NCBI GenBank assembly: GCA_951406725.2
Contig: OX597814.1
Location: forward strand, 165,106,001-165,170,000
Source: Octopus vulgaris
Lineage: Eukaryota
Length of the DNA stretch: 64,000 nt
Direction: 5' to 3'
Below the pieces are notes generated by a model, which ran no database searches, was not told where the DNA came from, and saw nothing but the letters and a program-made list of their open reading frames with translations. Of the stretch, positions 1 through 14,201 are shown in pieces. Each line of letters opens with the position of its first letter. Position 1 is the first letter of the stretch. The translations under genes and the position numbers were made by a program.

Positions 1-1620
1 CCTGGTCATGACAGCAACGAGCGTGGAAAATGCAGCTTCACAAAGAGACGTGGATCCAAACATAGCTAAAATCCGAAGAGCCTGATGTGAGATCAGAGGG
101 TAAATAGAAAGGTACTTGATCCAGAACGTTTCAGGATTCAGTTCTTTGAAGTCTTCCTTAGCTGGGGAAACTCCCTTTCTACTTCATCCAAAACATCAAT
201 CACTTGACATTGAAACGGTATTCTGATGAATTTACTGGAAAGTATATAATGAATTCTGTTTTCAAGTCGGTTAGTTGAGTGATTATTTGTTTCTTTAACT
301 CAGAATCAAGGTTACCGCGAGTGAGAGCAGAATCCAAGTAATTAAAACTGGCTGTATTTCCCTGCTGAATTCGACATTTCAAGAGGCCGAGTTTGGCCAC
401 GAAGGCTCCAATGGTGTGGTGCGTGAGAATGTTGATGTTTTTCCCTTTTAGTTTAAGGCTGAGTGCATCAACCTTTCGAAGATGTCCACCAGGTATGCTA
501 GAGATACTGGAACTTGTCATGGAGATCTGCCTTCTGCTGCAAATCTAGAAATATTGCTTCTTATTCTCGTAGCTCATAAAGCCGTCCAAGCATGTTTTCT
601 TTTGATAGCCATCGTACGTTCGTGCGAAAAAGCAATGCTTCATGTTCGGATTCCATATCTTTACACAACAGTTTGAAAAGACGACTGTTTAAGCTCCGTC
701 TTTAACACAGTTGACAACCTTGATAGCTACGTTCAGGACATTTCTCATTTCAGTAGGGAAGGTTCTGGATGCTAAGGCTTCACGATAAAGTATGCAGTGT
801 GTAGCTACAAAAGATGGATTTTTTCCTTCACCCTAGTAATGAATCCAGACTGCAGACCAAGCATGGCTGGAGCTTCATCAGTGCACATCCCTACCAGCGA
901 ATCCCACAAAAGTTGATTTTCCTGAAAGAAGTTTGATACATCACGAAACATAGCTGCTGCTGTTGTACAACTATCCATAGGGTGACAGAACAACATTTCC
1001 TCTTTTACACAATTGCCTGAAACAAAAAGAGCATACACCAGTAGCTGAGCAATGTCAGTCGCTTCGTCTGAGTAATGTCAGTAGCTTCGTCACACTGGAA
1101 TGGTAAAAGCAGGAGAATCTCTTACTTGGTCGGGAATTTGATCTTTTGATGTCTTGAGACAAGTCGTCGATCCTCGCCTTGACTCTATCATTTGATAGTG
1201 AAATCTGGGAAAAAGCTTGTTCGGTCTATCTTCCCCCAGAACGAGTTCTGCTGCACGGAGTAGACTTGGTTTCATGAGAGTCTCTCCGATGTTATGGTTC
1301 TTCTTGCTCTTTGCAATCAACATGGCAATCTCATAGAAAGCCTGAACAACCATTGAAGTTTGTTGCCGAAATGGCCCACTACCGTCCAACTTAGCTTGCT
1401 TCAAGGAATGTCTTTTTGTTTCGAAGACTGGGTTTGTCTGCAAGAGCACGACGTGTTGTCCTCAAGTGGCATTCCAAGCGTGAGGTTTGCATTCCATCAT
1501 TGCTCAAAGTTTTGTAACATATCACAAACTGGGGGACTTCTATGTCACCCTTTTGGGGGGACACAAATCCAAATCGAATATATTCGTCAAGATACTTCCG
1601 ATTTTTAGCACTCATTGCGA
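1..1620 (-). mobile_element. Degraded hAT (Buster/Charlie, ZBED8/SCAND3/FAM200-like) transposase, runs off the left edge
   Basis: Collinear broken ORFs: BED-finger-like start (RKYLDEYIRFGF...VICYKTLSNDGMQTSRLECHL), IAKSKKNHNIGETLMKP, first catalytic D region (DEATDIAQLLVY read at 1035-1070), LVGMCTDEAPAMLG, and CILYREALASR at about 770-800. Multiple frameshifts and stops. Confidence 0.85.
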
Positions 1621-2295
1621 AATATTTGATGCGCAGTGGACGACACAAATATGTGAAAAAAAGATAAGACACGTGTAAGGTAATATCAAGACCCAAATTA
1701 GAACGCTTGGAGTAAAAAATTAAAACAAAAAAAAATTGGAATAAAAGTTAAATTAAAAGAAAAGTTATACGAAAAATTTATACAATATTGTATTTATTTG
1801 TTCGAAAATATAAAAAAAAAGTTTCTTTAAAAAGGAAAAGATTTTGCATAGCTTTTAGTTTTACCTAGTACTTTCTGTAATATTTGAATTTGAATTTTAG
1901 TTTAACATTTGGCTTTATATCTAATTTCTTTTCTTACAAAAAATTTACTATATATTTAGCATAAACATTTAATACTAAAAGTTTTGGTTGTAATGTTATA
2001 ATTTCTTATTTTTCGAATCTGTGTTTCAATTTTTTGGAGACTTTGTTAAATTGAGCCATAGTAGAACCTATTACATACTTTTTTGTTTTATTTCCTATCT
2101 TTAGATATATCATCTTGCTAAAATTTTAAAACAGTTTTCAATTTTTTAAATTGAGTTAATATTTCTTAGCAAGTTACTATGATTTGATAATGTTTCAGCA
2201 TGTCTTTTGATTTTTAAGAATCACATTATTCATAATCCATTAACCGAAAAAGAGGTTTGTCTTTACATGTTGATAATAATATTTACGCTTTATTC

Positions 2296-2433
2296 CAGTG
2301 GTTCTTAACCTGTTTTGTTGTAACAAAAAAAAAATAAAAATAAAGGCAAACGCTTTTTTTCAAGGGCTCATGCTCCCCTTGGAAATTACTAACGCCCCAC
2401 AAGGGTTGCGCGCCCCCAGGTTAAGAACCACCG
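2296..2433. mobile_element. hAT/Charlie-type MITE, or the 5' terminus of the adjacent hAT relic
   Basis: 15-bp inverted termini CAGTGGTTCTTAACC (2296) and GGTTAAGAACCACCG (2419-2433), one mismatch. No clean 8-bp TSD. Confidence 0.65.
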
Positions 2434-4199
2434 GGTTAAATAAAATTAAAGAAATGAAACAGAAATATTGTGTTTGTTATTGACATAATAACTCCCGTGA
2501 TACAATAACAACACATATATTTATATACATATACATACATATATGATTTACGTTCTATTATGTCTTCTGCTACTTTGATAATGACAACTGTGTACTACAC
2601 AGCGCATCCTCCAATCTTCCTTTGCTTCCCATCCCATTCATTCTGCATGCCTCAGCAAATGATCCTAAAACGCATCAGTCATTCATCAAATGAAATTCAC
2701 CACTCTAAACTTAGCCCTCTGCAAGTGTTATGAGCAATGTTATTCTTCCTGAAATATGAGACAATAAAAACTTAAAGAGTTCGCCTTTAATCTTTAAAAT
2801 CAGATTTATATCTGAGAAGGTAGTTTAGAATTCTATTTTTGAAAGTTGTTTTTCATCTCTTTTCCGTCTGAAACCAATCCTATTTCAAGCTCGTCACCAC
2901 TGTGCCAAAATTTTGATGTCGTCAGCGCTGCTTTTCTTTCTCATGTTGTACACGTCGTCGTCATTATGAGCCAACAAGACAACCTTTAAGCGGTCTCTCG
3001 ACCTGCTAAATATAGCGTCCAAATCTGCCAAAAATTACCCCCACTGTCTTAAAAAAGACATAAGAAAATGTAGGCGTAGACATACAATGAAGTTGGGTTG
3101 TTTTTGATCATAGGTTTGCTCGATCAGGATAGACTTGGAAATAAACAATAACTGTACCACCCTCTATGTCCAGCTGCGACTCACGGCATTAGCGCTCACA
3201 TCACTATTCCCGTCAGGAATGTTCGGTGAATTGTGTTAACTCTATTTTCAGTCTTTCAGATTGTTTTCTAGTCTCAACAAGTTCAACATTCCAAATCTCC
3301 TGTTGTTTCAGTGTCTAGAGAAATAATAGAAAAATTTTATATAAGCACAATATAATGATGATTTCAAGCTCACTGAAATTTATATAACCGTTTGGAAAAT
3401 TGTGCCAACTATTTATTTATTATTCAAATTAGAAAAATATAGGCAAGCTCCACACTGTAGAGAGTTAGGTCACAAACTTTATTGTGACAAGACTAGTATG
3501 TTATATTTCTGTTCAAATTACTTGCGAGAATGTATTTATGAAACCAGTTAACTAAATAAATTGGTGGCGAAGCCATAACTAAAGACAATGTACTGAAACA
3601 GGTCCATAGATACCATTTCGTGGATCCATGGTTTTGAATAGTAACAAAAATGCATATGCATCCATTTTACTTATTTGCAGTTGTTCTCTAGTAAATTTTT
3701 CACAGTTACATACTAGAACTTTCTAAATAGCTTTATTGCAATTAGTCTTTTGAGAAGATTAACTGCTAAACTACGGTATCAGTTTTCGGATGCGTGGGAA
3801 ATGGTGAGGTGTGCTAAGTCACATGTAAAGAATGTGCGATTAGGAAGAACTGAAACATCAAACTTAAAATGCTAATGAAATGCACTCAGTTCTAATAGCA
3901 ACTAAAGCAACAGCTTTAGAAGTACCAGCAATCAGAAAAAAAATGATAATTTCAAGAACATAACAAAATTCATTTGCTTCAGTTGTGGCGGTAACGATGA
4001 TGACGACGTCTACAAAATAAAGAACAAGAAGAGCAACAACAAAAGTCACAAATGTAAATTGATGCTGTAGTAAACATGCCAGTGCAACAACATCAATAAG
4101 AACAATAAATGCAAACACAATAAAGAAGATTTTTTTTCTTTTTTTTAAAGTCACAGGTTTCAACAGTACAGAAATAACACCAATTAGAACAAGAATATT

Positions 4200-4570
4200 G
4201 GTTTAAAATTTTTGGTACTAAGTAGCAACTTCGTGGGAGCGGGTAAGTTGACTCCAATGCTTAACTGGTACTTATTTCATCTACTCCGAAAAGATGAATA
4301 GCAAAGTCGAAAGTAAAGACGGACGGAATGCCGCAAAGCATTTTGCCCGGTATGCTAACGATTCTGCCAGCTCGCCGCCTTCACCAGAACAAGAATATTA
4401 ATTTTAAATTTTGCCCCCAGTGCTCAAATGATACTTATTTCATCGACTCCGAAATGATGAAAGACAAAGTCGTACTCGGCAACATTTGACCACAGAAAGT
4501 AAAGACAGATGAACTGGCACTAAGCATTTTGCCCGCCGTACTAACGATTCTGCTAACCCAACGGCCTTAA
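4200..4570 (-). mobile_element. Two degraded SINE family B copies
   Basis: Reverse complement of the AGGCGGCGAGCTGGCAGAATCGTTAGC head and GTCGACTTTG..TTCATC body seen intact at 22096. Confidence 0.7.
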
Positions 4571-4739
4571 TCAGAACAAGAATATTAACTATAATTACAG
4601 CAACAACAATAACGACAAGAACTAGAAGCAAGAGCAAGCGACGGCAAGCAATAAAAACTGCATCTGAAAAGATAAAAAACAGTAGCATCAACTACACTAA
4701 CAACACTAATCAGAACACTACTCTTGTCATGTATCTGAC

Positions 4740-6093
4740 AATTTTCTATCAATCTTTATGAAGTTTAGCTTCTGATTTTCCTTTTGATGAACATTTATGC
4801 ACCCTCACTCTTGTACCTGTGTGTCACCACAAATGTTCAGTGGGACTGAGGTCTGGAGACTGAGGGGACCATTTCCTCACCCTCGTTCCTTTCTCCTCAA
4901 ACCAACCCATTGAGACTCTAGATGTGTGACATGGAGCATTGTCTTATTGAAAGATTAAGTCATATAGGATGTTATCATTGAAAATTTTAGTTAAGGAATA
5001 TTGATAAAGTTGATCAAACATGCTGGTGTCAGTGTTGGAATTCATTCTGTCCTCACAAGTGAACAACATTCCTGGGCCTGAAGACGACATGCAACCCCAA
5101 ACCAGTACGATTCCTCCTCCAAATTTGACTGTTGGGATCACAGATCCATGATTATAAGCATCCCCAACTCTACAACGAACATAAACAGCCCCAGGGGTTC
5201 CAAAGATCTGAGGAGAAAGATAAAATTACTGATCAGTTTTGGTATCCATCAAAAAATTTGTACATGTGTAAGAATTTCAATTATGCCTAGTAAAGTGGTG
5301 GAAATGAATGTGGAGAACCTACATCAAAGTTACTTTCAATAGACCAAACAATTTTAATCCAATCGCCATCAGTCCAATCTTCATACTCCTTTACCCAAGA
5401 CAATCGCTTCTTCATGTTCAACTCAGACAGCAACAGCTTCTTTCTGGCCTTAGATCCTTTAAGCCCAGCTTCTAATGACCATTTTTCACTGTGCGAGTTT
5501 ATATTTCCTTGTTTGTTGCCAAAAAAACTCAGCAGCTACGTCAGAAGAGTTCGTTTTCCTATCAGCCACAGATGTCCTGTTCAGCAACCTGTTTTCCCCC
5601 GTGGTTGTACATTTTTTTGCAACCTCGTTTTTTACAGTTTTTGAAAGAATTTGTCTCTTTGTAGCTTTTGAAGGACACCTCTTCTCGAGCATTTCAATTT
5701 TCCTGCAATTTCAACTTAGGAGAATCCTTTACAGGATAATGCAATTATCTGAGCCCATTGAGCTTCAGGGATCTATTTCTTTGGAAACATTTTCAATAAA
5801 TATTGACCACTGATAAGTTATCAATAAGATATTCACGGAAAAAATAAGAAATAACGTTAGTGTCACACAATGGGTGGTAGAAAATTGGCCCAGCCACTTG
5901 CGCCAACTTAGTTTCAAGTATGCAAAAATACATAAAAGTGGTTATAAAACCAAAAGGAGGATACATCAAATATTAATTATTGATGGGATAGACTCTAGAA
6001 TGTTTATCATACTGTTTTCAATTATTAAGTAAATGAGTTTCAATCATATTCTCCGTTTTTTCATACCTGACCATAATTCTAGCCAAGGCTGTA
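4740..6093 (-). mobile_element. Degraded Tc1-family transposon
   Basis: Minus-strand motifs GLKGSKARKK, PTVKFGGGIVLVWGCMS, IFQ*DNAPCH and WSPQSPDLSPTEHLW. The 5' terminus reads TA|CAGCCTTGGCTAGAATTATGG at 6093. No matching 3' TIR found. Confidence 0.85.
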
Positions 6094-6662
6094 TGTATAC
6101 ACACACGTACACACATACATATATAATATATGGTCACTAAAACTATATATACATACACACAAAAACAAACACACGCACAAACACACACACACACACAAAC
6201 TCACACACATATGTATTTCACGTAATGACGTGATCGGCCAGACCATCGGACGCTGGTCAGCATGAACGTTGCATCATTTTAGCATTCGAAAGATGGAAAC
6301 TGAAGGAAGCCTGTCGTATACACACACACACTCACACATACATGTGTACATATATACGTGTCTGTGTGTTTCTGTCTTTGTTTGTCCCCCATCACTGCTT
6401 GACTACTGGTGTTGGTGTGTTTACATTCCCACTGATCGAAAGTTAATTTTCATGGACTTAAAGATTTACAGCTGAGTGCACTGGAACAACCAGAAATGAA
6501 GTGCTTAGCTCCAGAAGACAAGGCACCGTTCGGTCCGAGAATCGAACCCACGATCTAGCAATCGAAAGTGCAACACGCTAAGAAGTCGACGACGCGCCTA
6601 CACAGGCACGCACACGCACACACACACACACACACACGCACACACACACACACACACACCGC

Positions 6663-7555
6663 TACACTAGGTATGATCAATAAGTATCCGGACTCTTGCC
6701 AAACTAGCGAGACTAAAGCCCGCAGAGTGAAGCCGCTTGATAAAATTTGACATTAAACTCTGCTGTGCATGCGCACTAAGTTTTAGCGTTCTAGCTCACT
6801 TCCGCTGTTTACAACAGAGCCTGGAAGGAAGGTGTGTAGCGTGTGATCGTCGTATTGACCATGACAGAGAAAGTTGTCATCGCGATACCTGCTCTGAGGC
6901 CTACACAAAGTTGCAGAAAGTGTTTGGAGAGGAGTGTATGATCAGCAAACAAGTGTACGAATGGTTGCGACGTTTCCAAGATGGCCGAAAAAATGTCGAA
7001 ATTAACGAACGTTCTAGCAGACCCACAACCAGCAGAACTGAGAAAAACATCGCAGATGTGCAGCACCTTTGAGGAGAAATCGAAGCACCATCCGTGTGTT
7101 ATATGAGAATGTGCAGATTAGCTACGGTTTAGTTCAGTCCATTATCACTGAAACTTTTGGGAACGAGACGTGTGTCTTCCAAGTTTGTGCCAAAACTGCT
7201 TTCAGCTTACCAAGAAGACACTCGGGTTTCAGTTGCACAAGATCTTGACTGTGTGGAGAAAGATGAAAACGTTTTGAAAACATTGTGTAGGCCTCTAAGT
7301 AGGTATCGCCAAACTTTTGGCAAAATTTGATGCAGATTCTCTGCTCAACATTCTCTGTCATGGTCAATGCGTCGATCAGATGCTACACACCTTTCTTCCA
7401 AGTACTGCTGTAAACAGCGGATGCAAGTTAGAACGTTAAAAGTTAGTGCAAGCACAGTAGAGTCCTGGGTCAATCTGTGCCTAGCAGTTTCGCTTTCCGT
7501 GCATTAGCTTCGTTACTATAGCAACAGTCCGGATATCTATTGATCACACAGCGTA
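6663..7555. mobile_element. Non-autonomous mariner made of two 5' ends in inverted orientation
   Basis: TA-flanked ~30-bp TIRs (TGATCAATAAGTATCCGGACT and AGTCCGGATATCTATTGATCA). The + arm encodes a mariner HTH (EAYTKLQKVFGEECM...VYEWLRRFQDGR...RPTTS...KFVPKLL); the - arm encodes MTENVEQRICIKFCQKFG. Confidence 0.85.
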
Positions 7556-7574
7556 TATGTATATTTTTTACTTT

Positions 7575-7905
7575 TTAAGCCTTATACTTATTCTCTCGGT
7601 CTCTATTGCCCAACCGTAAAGTTACGGGGATGTAAACACACCAACACCAGTAGTCAAGCAGTGATGGGGGACAAAGAGAGAAACACACACACACACACAC
7701 ATATGTATATATGTATGTGTGGTTGTGGGTGTGTATACGGCAGGCTTCTTTCAGTTTCCGTCTACCAAATCCACTCACAAGGCTTTAGTTGGCCCGAGGT
7801 TATAGTAGAAGACACATATTTAAGGTGCCACGCAGTGAGACTGAACCTGGAACAATGTGGTTGGGAATCAAGCTTCTTACCACACAGCCACATCTGCGCC
7901 TGCGC
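7575..7905 (-). mobile_element. tRNA-derived SINE family A (3'-eroded)
   Basis: Head GGCGCAGATGTGGCTGTGTGGTAAG (A box) and GGTTCAGTCTC (B box); body identical in layout to other family A copies. Confidence 0.85.
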
Positions 7906-7914
7906 CATATATTC

Positions 7915-7915
<1 letters not shown>

Positions 7916-7988
<73 letters not shown>

Positions 7989-8335
7989 GCATACATACAT
8001 ACATATATACATACATACATACATACATGCATGCATACATACATACATACATACATACATGCATATACACACACACATACATACATACATACATACACAC
8101 ACACATACATACATACATACATACATACATACATACATACATACATACATACATACATGCATGCATACATACATACATACATACACACACACACACTCAC
8201 ATACATACATACATACATACATACATACATACATACATACATACATACATACATACATACATACATACATACATACATACATACATACATACGTTTATGT
8301 CTGTGTGTGTGTATATATGTGTGCGTGTGTGTGCA
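7916..8335. repeat. Compound microsatellite (GATA)n-(CATA)n-(CA/TG)n
   Basis: Directly visible; source of the overlapping spurious ORFs here. Confidence 0.97.
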
Positions 8336-9299
8336 TAAAGATTTGAACAAGTAAAGAATTATTGTGGGATTAGAATGTTCAATGTCCCGCGGTGACCAAT
8401 GGTTTCACCCGGAGATGGAAATAACAGACTGGTGAAGAATTGAGATTTATTTATAGTATGTTTGGTGTGTATGAGGTAAGAAATGGGTGGAACTTTTAGG
8501 AAATTGTTTCTATTTTTATTTGCATGTTGTTAAATTTTATTTAATACACGTATTTGCGTATGCGTATTCGTTCGTGGATGTGTCTATGTTTGGACAACAG
8601 AGATCGTGTGTCATAAAATAAGAAGTAGATCAAGAGGAATATGGTTTTTTTTCGGCCAGTTGTTGTGGTGAGTACCTAAAAATGGTAATTTGGCAATGAA
8701 TAGGAATAAGAAGACTCTGTTCTACGAGATGGAATTTAAGGTGTGGCAAAATAGAAATTATTAGTTTTACTATTCTTTGTATGAAGGTCAATGGGGGCTT
8801 TGAGCTATGAGTGAAGTAATTTGTTTTGTGGGATAGCGTCTGGTGGGGTGGAGGATATTGTGTTAACCTGAAAGGATGGTCTCTTTGTGGTAGATTGTGT
8901 GTGTGTGCGCGCATGCATGCGTGCGTGGTGTGCGTAAGGCAAGCGCTTACTTCATACTAATAAACTATGTTAAAGAGACGAACAGACACACATGTACACA
9001 CATATAGCGAGACACATACAGATACATACAATCACGCGGAAAGGCACTCAGATGCACACGGTGAGCTAAAACTCCAGCATGCTGACGAACCCGGATACAC
9101 ATTGTGTTCGTGCATGCATCTACAAAGATGTATATGTATAGCATGCAGTGGATATAAGTACAAATACACACAAGTGCGCGCTTGTACACATATATGTGTA
9201 TACGAGCAAAACTCCTCCCGTCCAATGGACGGTGCTGAGTTGTCAAACATTTAAGCCAAATTTTCTCAATACAACTTGTCCGACCGTCTCATAGGCCTC

Positions 9300-9572
9300 C
9301 CCTTTGAGAAGCACAGATTTAACCTAAATTTGAGACACCAGCGAAAGACGGATTTCGACTGATGTACTTGCGCGTACAAATGCACATTCCCACGGATTTA
9401 TCGATCGCATTCTCACCTGGAATCGATTTTTGTAATTTTTTTCAAGACTTATACACGCCTTGATAGCGTCGGTATCTACATATCAAATTTGAGCGCAATC
9501 GGATGGAGGATGCCCGAGATCCTAGAAGACACACACACACAAACACAGACAGAACCGATTTTATATAATAGA
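9300..9572 (-). mobile_element. 5' part of a non-autonomous Helitron-like element
   Basis: Minus strand begins A|TCTATTATATAAAATCGGTTCTGTCTGTG, the same 5' architecture as the copies at 25191 and 54434. No CTAG 3' end found. Confidence 0.5.
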
Positions 9573-9835
9573 TATTGTACGCTTCATACAGCATTGAGGG
9601 TTTTAACTTTTGTTTCTTACACCCTCTGTCACAATTAATGACGATTAAATATTTCCTTTATGGTCTTCTATTGTGCCTAACTGCTTATATTAATTTTCAT
9701 ATAAATTAAAACCTACAGAGGTCACAAAAGTGACAGAAGGTACTGAACTAGCACCGCTTATGCTAAAATAAGAGTTAAATTAACTCTAAAGCCACAAAAG
9801 CAGTAATGACTGACAAAGATGTGTAAATCCCTAGC

Positions 9836-10016
9836 GTATATAGCCGTTGCGTCATTTCGAATTTTGGTGTAGACCACCTCAATTCACATCATTGGCTCTT
9901 AACGCCTAAGGTTAGTACTTCCTTTGTCAATCTTATAAGAAAATCCGTTAAGAGCCGCTGATGAGCACTAAGGTGGTCTACACCAAAATTCGAAATCGCT
10001 AAAAGGCTGTATATAC
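9836..10016. repeat. Inverted repeat, ~70-bp arms with ~40-bp spacer
   Basis: ATTTCGAATTTTGGTGTAGACCACCT (9854) pairs with AGGTGGTCTACACCAAAATTCGAAAT (9971); GGCTCTTAACG pairs with CGTTAAGAGCC. Confidence 0.9.
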
Positions 10017-10028
10017 TACGGACATCTA

Positions 10029-10381
10029 GTGGAGGCGCAATGGCCCAGTGGTTAGGGCAGCGGATTCGCGGTCGTAGGATCGCGGTTTCGATTCCCAGAC
10101 TGGGCGTTGTGAGTGTTTATTGAGCGAAAACACCAAAAGCTCCACGAGGCTCCGGCAGGGATGGGGGTGATCCCTGCTGTACTCTTTCACCACAACTTTC
10201 TCTCACTCTTACTTCCTGTTTGTGTTGTACATGTGTCACGCTGAATATCCCCGAGAACTACATTAAGGGTACACGTGTCTGTGGAGTGCTCAGCCACTTA
10301 CACGTTGATTTCACGAGCAGGCTGTTCCGTTGATCGGATCAACCGGGCCCTCATCGTCGTAACCGACGGAGTGCTTCCACA
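10029..10381 (+). mobile_element. tRNA-derived SINE family C with 15-bp TSD
   Basis: Head GTGGAGGCGCAATGGCCCAGTGG...GGTTTCGATTCC. Flanked by ACTACGGACATCTAG and ACTACGGCCATTTAG. Near-identical copy at 55480. Confidence 0.9.
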
Positions 10382-10670
10382 CACTACGGCCATTTAGCGA
10401 TACGCAAAACCGAATCTCTAGTGAGACTTTGTATTTATTTTTTTTATTTATTCATGTACCCGAAGAAAACCAGAACGCGTCGAAACATGTGTTGTACTAA
10501 ATAAAATCTTTATTTTTTCCATCTATTTTATTAATACTGTTATATATATGTGTGGGGGGTGTATGTGTGTGCGTGTGTGTGCATGTGTGTATGTGTGTAT
10601 GTGTGTATGTATGTATATATATATATACATATAAAATACACTTCGTAAATGCATATATATGTGTGTGTAT

Positions 10671-10732
<62 letters not shown>

Positions 10733-10923
10733 TTGCAGAACCGCTGAAATCTACAAGTGTTTTTTTCATTCTCTCTCTGTTTATTTTCTCTTATTTCTTT
10801 CTGTTTCAGAGCGTAAAAGACTTTTTCATCTTCCCGCGCGTCAAAATAATACACTTGCTTGTTGTTCATACAACTGTCTTCGTCTTTTGCTTGTCTATAA
10901 ATTTCAACTGTATATATATATAT

Positions 10924-11339
10924 GAATTTTTTGCGTAATGAGATAAAAAAAAATCAAGGCTGTGTAGATATTAGAACATTTATAGATAGAAGGTCTTATA
11001 GCTGTTTCCAGAATATTTATTAATCATATCCCTTCATCAGAGACGGTCTGAGAGTATGGGCAAGTAATAGTTAATTTAGATAGGATACAAAATAGAGAGT
11101 GAGGTGGAGGAAAGAAAATAGATATCCCTACATATCTCATATCTATTTTCTTTCCTCCACCTCACTCTCTATTTTGTATCGTATCTAAATTGATAATTAC
11201 TTAACCATACTCTCACACCGTCTCCGATGAAGGGATATAATCAATAAATATCCTGGAAACAGCTGTAAGATCTTCTATCTATAAATGTTCTAATATCTAC
11301 ACAGCCTTGGGCTTTTTTATCTCATTACGCAAAAAATTC
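10924..11339. mobile_element. Palindrome of a Penelope-like terminal repeat (~200-bp arms, 13-bp spacer), with a hammerhead core in each arm
   Basis: Arms 10924-11125 and 11139-11339 are reverse complements with scattered mismatches. Each contains GTCT-C(T/C)GATGA-stem II-GAAA-CAGCT(G/A)-TA-AGA. Confidence 0.8.
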
Positions 11340-11486
11340 TTATATACACATGCTGACATATGACCAACGTTGAACCCCTTATTCGCAAAACACCGAACCT
11401 GAACTTAACGATGGTCTGTCTATAACACTTATTCAGCATTGCCTGACACCTTTGGGTCTCAATGACACCATTATCTCTTATAACGT

Positions 11487-11533
<47 letters not shown>

Positions 11534-11752
11534 TCCACAAATCGGAACTAGAACGTAACGGACGACAATGAAAACATACTGACAGAAGGACGATACAAAC
11601 ACGGACAGGAAAACCAGGTCGAAACATTTATAGCTTTCTATTCTTCATTAAAGTTCTAATCATCATTACAGTTTCAGCCTGTTACACTTGAGACTGTTCA
11701 AAATTCGTAGGCCACAAAAATCTACGTATGCATGTATATGTATGTGTGTTAT

Positions 11753-11827
<75 letters not shown>

Positions 11828-11829
<2 letters not shown>

Positions 11830-12079
11830 CGCAGGAGTGGCCTGTGTGGTAAATACTTGCTTACCAACCACATGGTTCCGGGTTCAGTCCCACTACGTGG
11901 CACTTTTGGCAAGTGTCTTCTACTATAGCCTCGGGCCGACCAAAGCCTTGTGAGTGGATTTGGTAGACACACACACAGACGGAACGAATTTTATATAAGT
12001 CCTGGGCTCGACTAAAGGCGGTGCTCCAGCATGGCCGCAGTCAAATGACAGAAACAAGTAAAAGAGTAAAGAGTAAAGA

Positions 12080-12080
<1 letters not shown>
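11828..12080 (+). mobile_element. SINE family A, internally deleted or chimeric
   Basis: Intact head and 3' tail (CATGGCCGCAGTCAAATGACAGAAAC...AAAAGAGT repeats) with the central body missing; lies between (TA)n tracts. Confidence 0.85.
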
Positions 12081-12114
<34 letters not shown>

Positions 12115-12154
12115 TGGGTTGCATATATGGATCAAAACAGTTTGATTCAAATTG

Positions 12155-13282
<1,128 letters not shown>

Positions 13283-13560
13283 TCAGTAGTTTTATTTTTA
13301 TAGGGTTCTTTCACTTCACTACCGAGTGCAGCTCTGTGTGCCTTGGGTATGTGCTGTGATTTGTTGCGATGCTCTGATGGTTACTGTATTGAAAGTGTTC
13401 TGCGTAGGATGTGTGCAGTGCCTAGTAGTTCAATTTTCTGTATGTTATATGTGTTTGTAAGTCCTGGTGTTTTTGTTATGTATTTGTCTGAATATTTTTT
13501 ATCATGCCTAATGCACCTATTATGATAGGAATTGTTTCTGTTTTTAGATTCCACATTCTG

Positions 13561-13561
<1 letters not shown>
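13283..13561 (-). mobile_element. 5'-truncated 3' end of an R4/Dong-type LINE embedded in (TAA)n
   Basis: Reads RMWNLKTETIPIIIGALG...IQKIELLGTAHILRRTLSIQ*, matching the C-terminus of the 38542 ORF. (TAA)n on both sides. Confidence 0.85.
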
Positions 13562-13604
<43 letters not shown>

Positions 13605-13614
13605 GTTAAGGCGG

Positions 13615-13672
<58 letters not shown>

Positions 13673-14201
13673 CAGTAGCAGCAGCAGCAATAGTAGTTGT
13701 TGTAGCAGCAGCAGCAGCAATAGTAGTAGTAGTGTGAGTTGTGTTAAGACGTGTTTTGAAACAGATCTTATTGAAATGTAAAATTTCTTTCGTTAGATTT
13801 GTTGAGCTTATTTTACTTTTTTTTAAATCTTGCCAGACAAGAGGAGTGGAGCTAAATGTTAATTATTATGCATCTCCGCAGTTGAAGGAGGTGAATGTTG
13901 TTAATTGTGATTTGTGTTTTCAACATGACTGCGTGGAGAACGAAGGTAATTGGTTTGTTTAACTTATGGTAACCAATTCTCTCCTTGCGAGGACAAGGAC
14001 GAAAATACTAATGTTTTGAATAAGCAATTATTATTTTTCCCATTAGCAATTATAATTTTACACATTAACAGTAACACACGCAACAACAATTACATGAATA
14101 ATGATGAAAAAAATTAATAACAAAGGCAGAAATAGTACACAGGCAGACATTCGATTTACTAGAAACACTAACAAATCTCTTTCAATTCACATCCTACCGC
14201 T

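Noticed and set aside
1-1696. Possible domesticated ZBED8/FAM200-like gene
   Set aside because: Multiple frameshifts and stops without splice signals indicate a dead transposon.
7762-8354. ORFs rich in YVCM, HT, YI, LSIY and poly-Y/I/N/V/D here and throughout the window
   Set aside because: They are translations of di-, tri- and tetranucleotide microsatellites, open in several frames on both strands.
10029-10105. tRNA-like sequences with A and B boxes (also 17090, 50487, 55480)
   Set aside because: They run directly into SINE bodies with TSDs and lack a proper acceptor stem, so they are SINE heads rather than tRNA genes.
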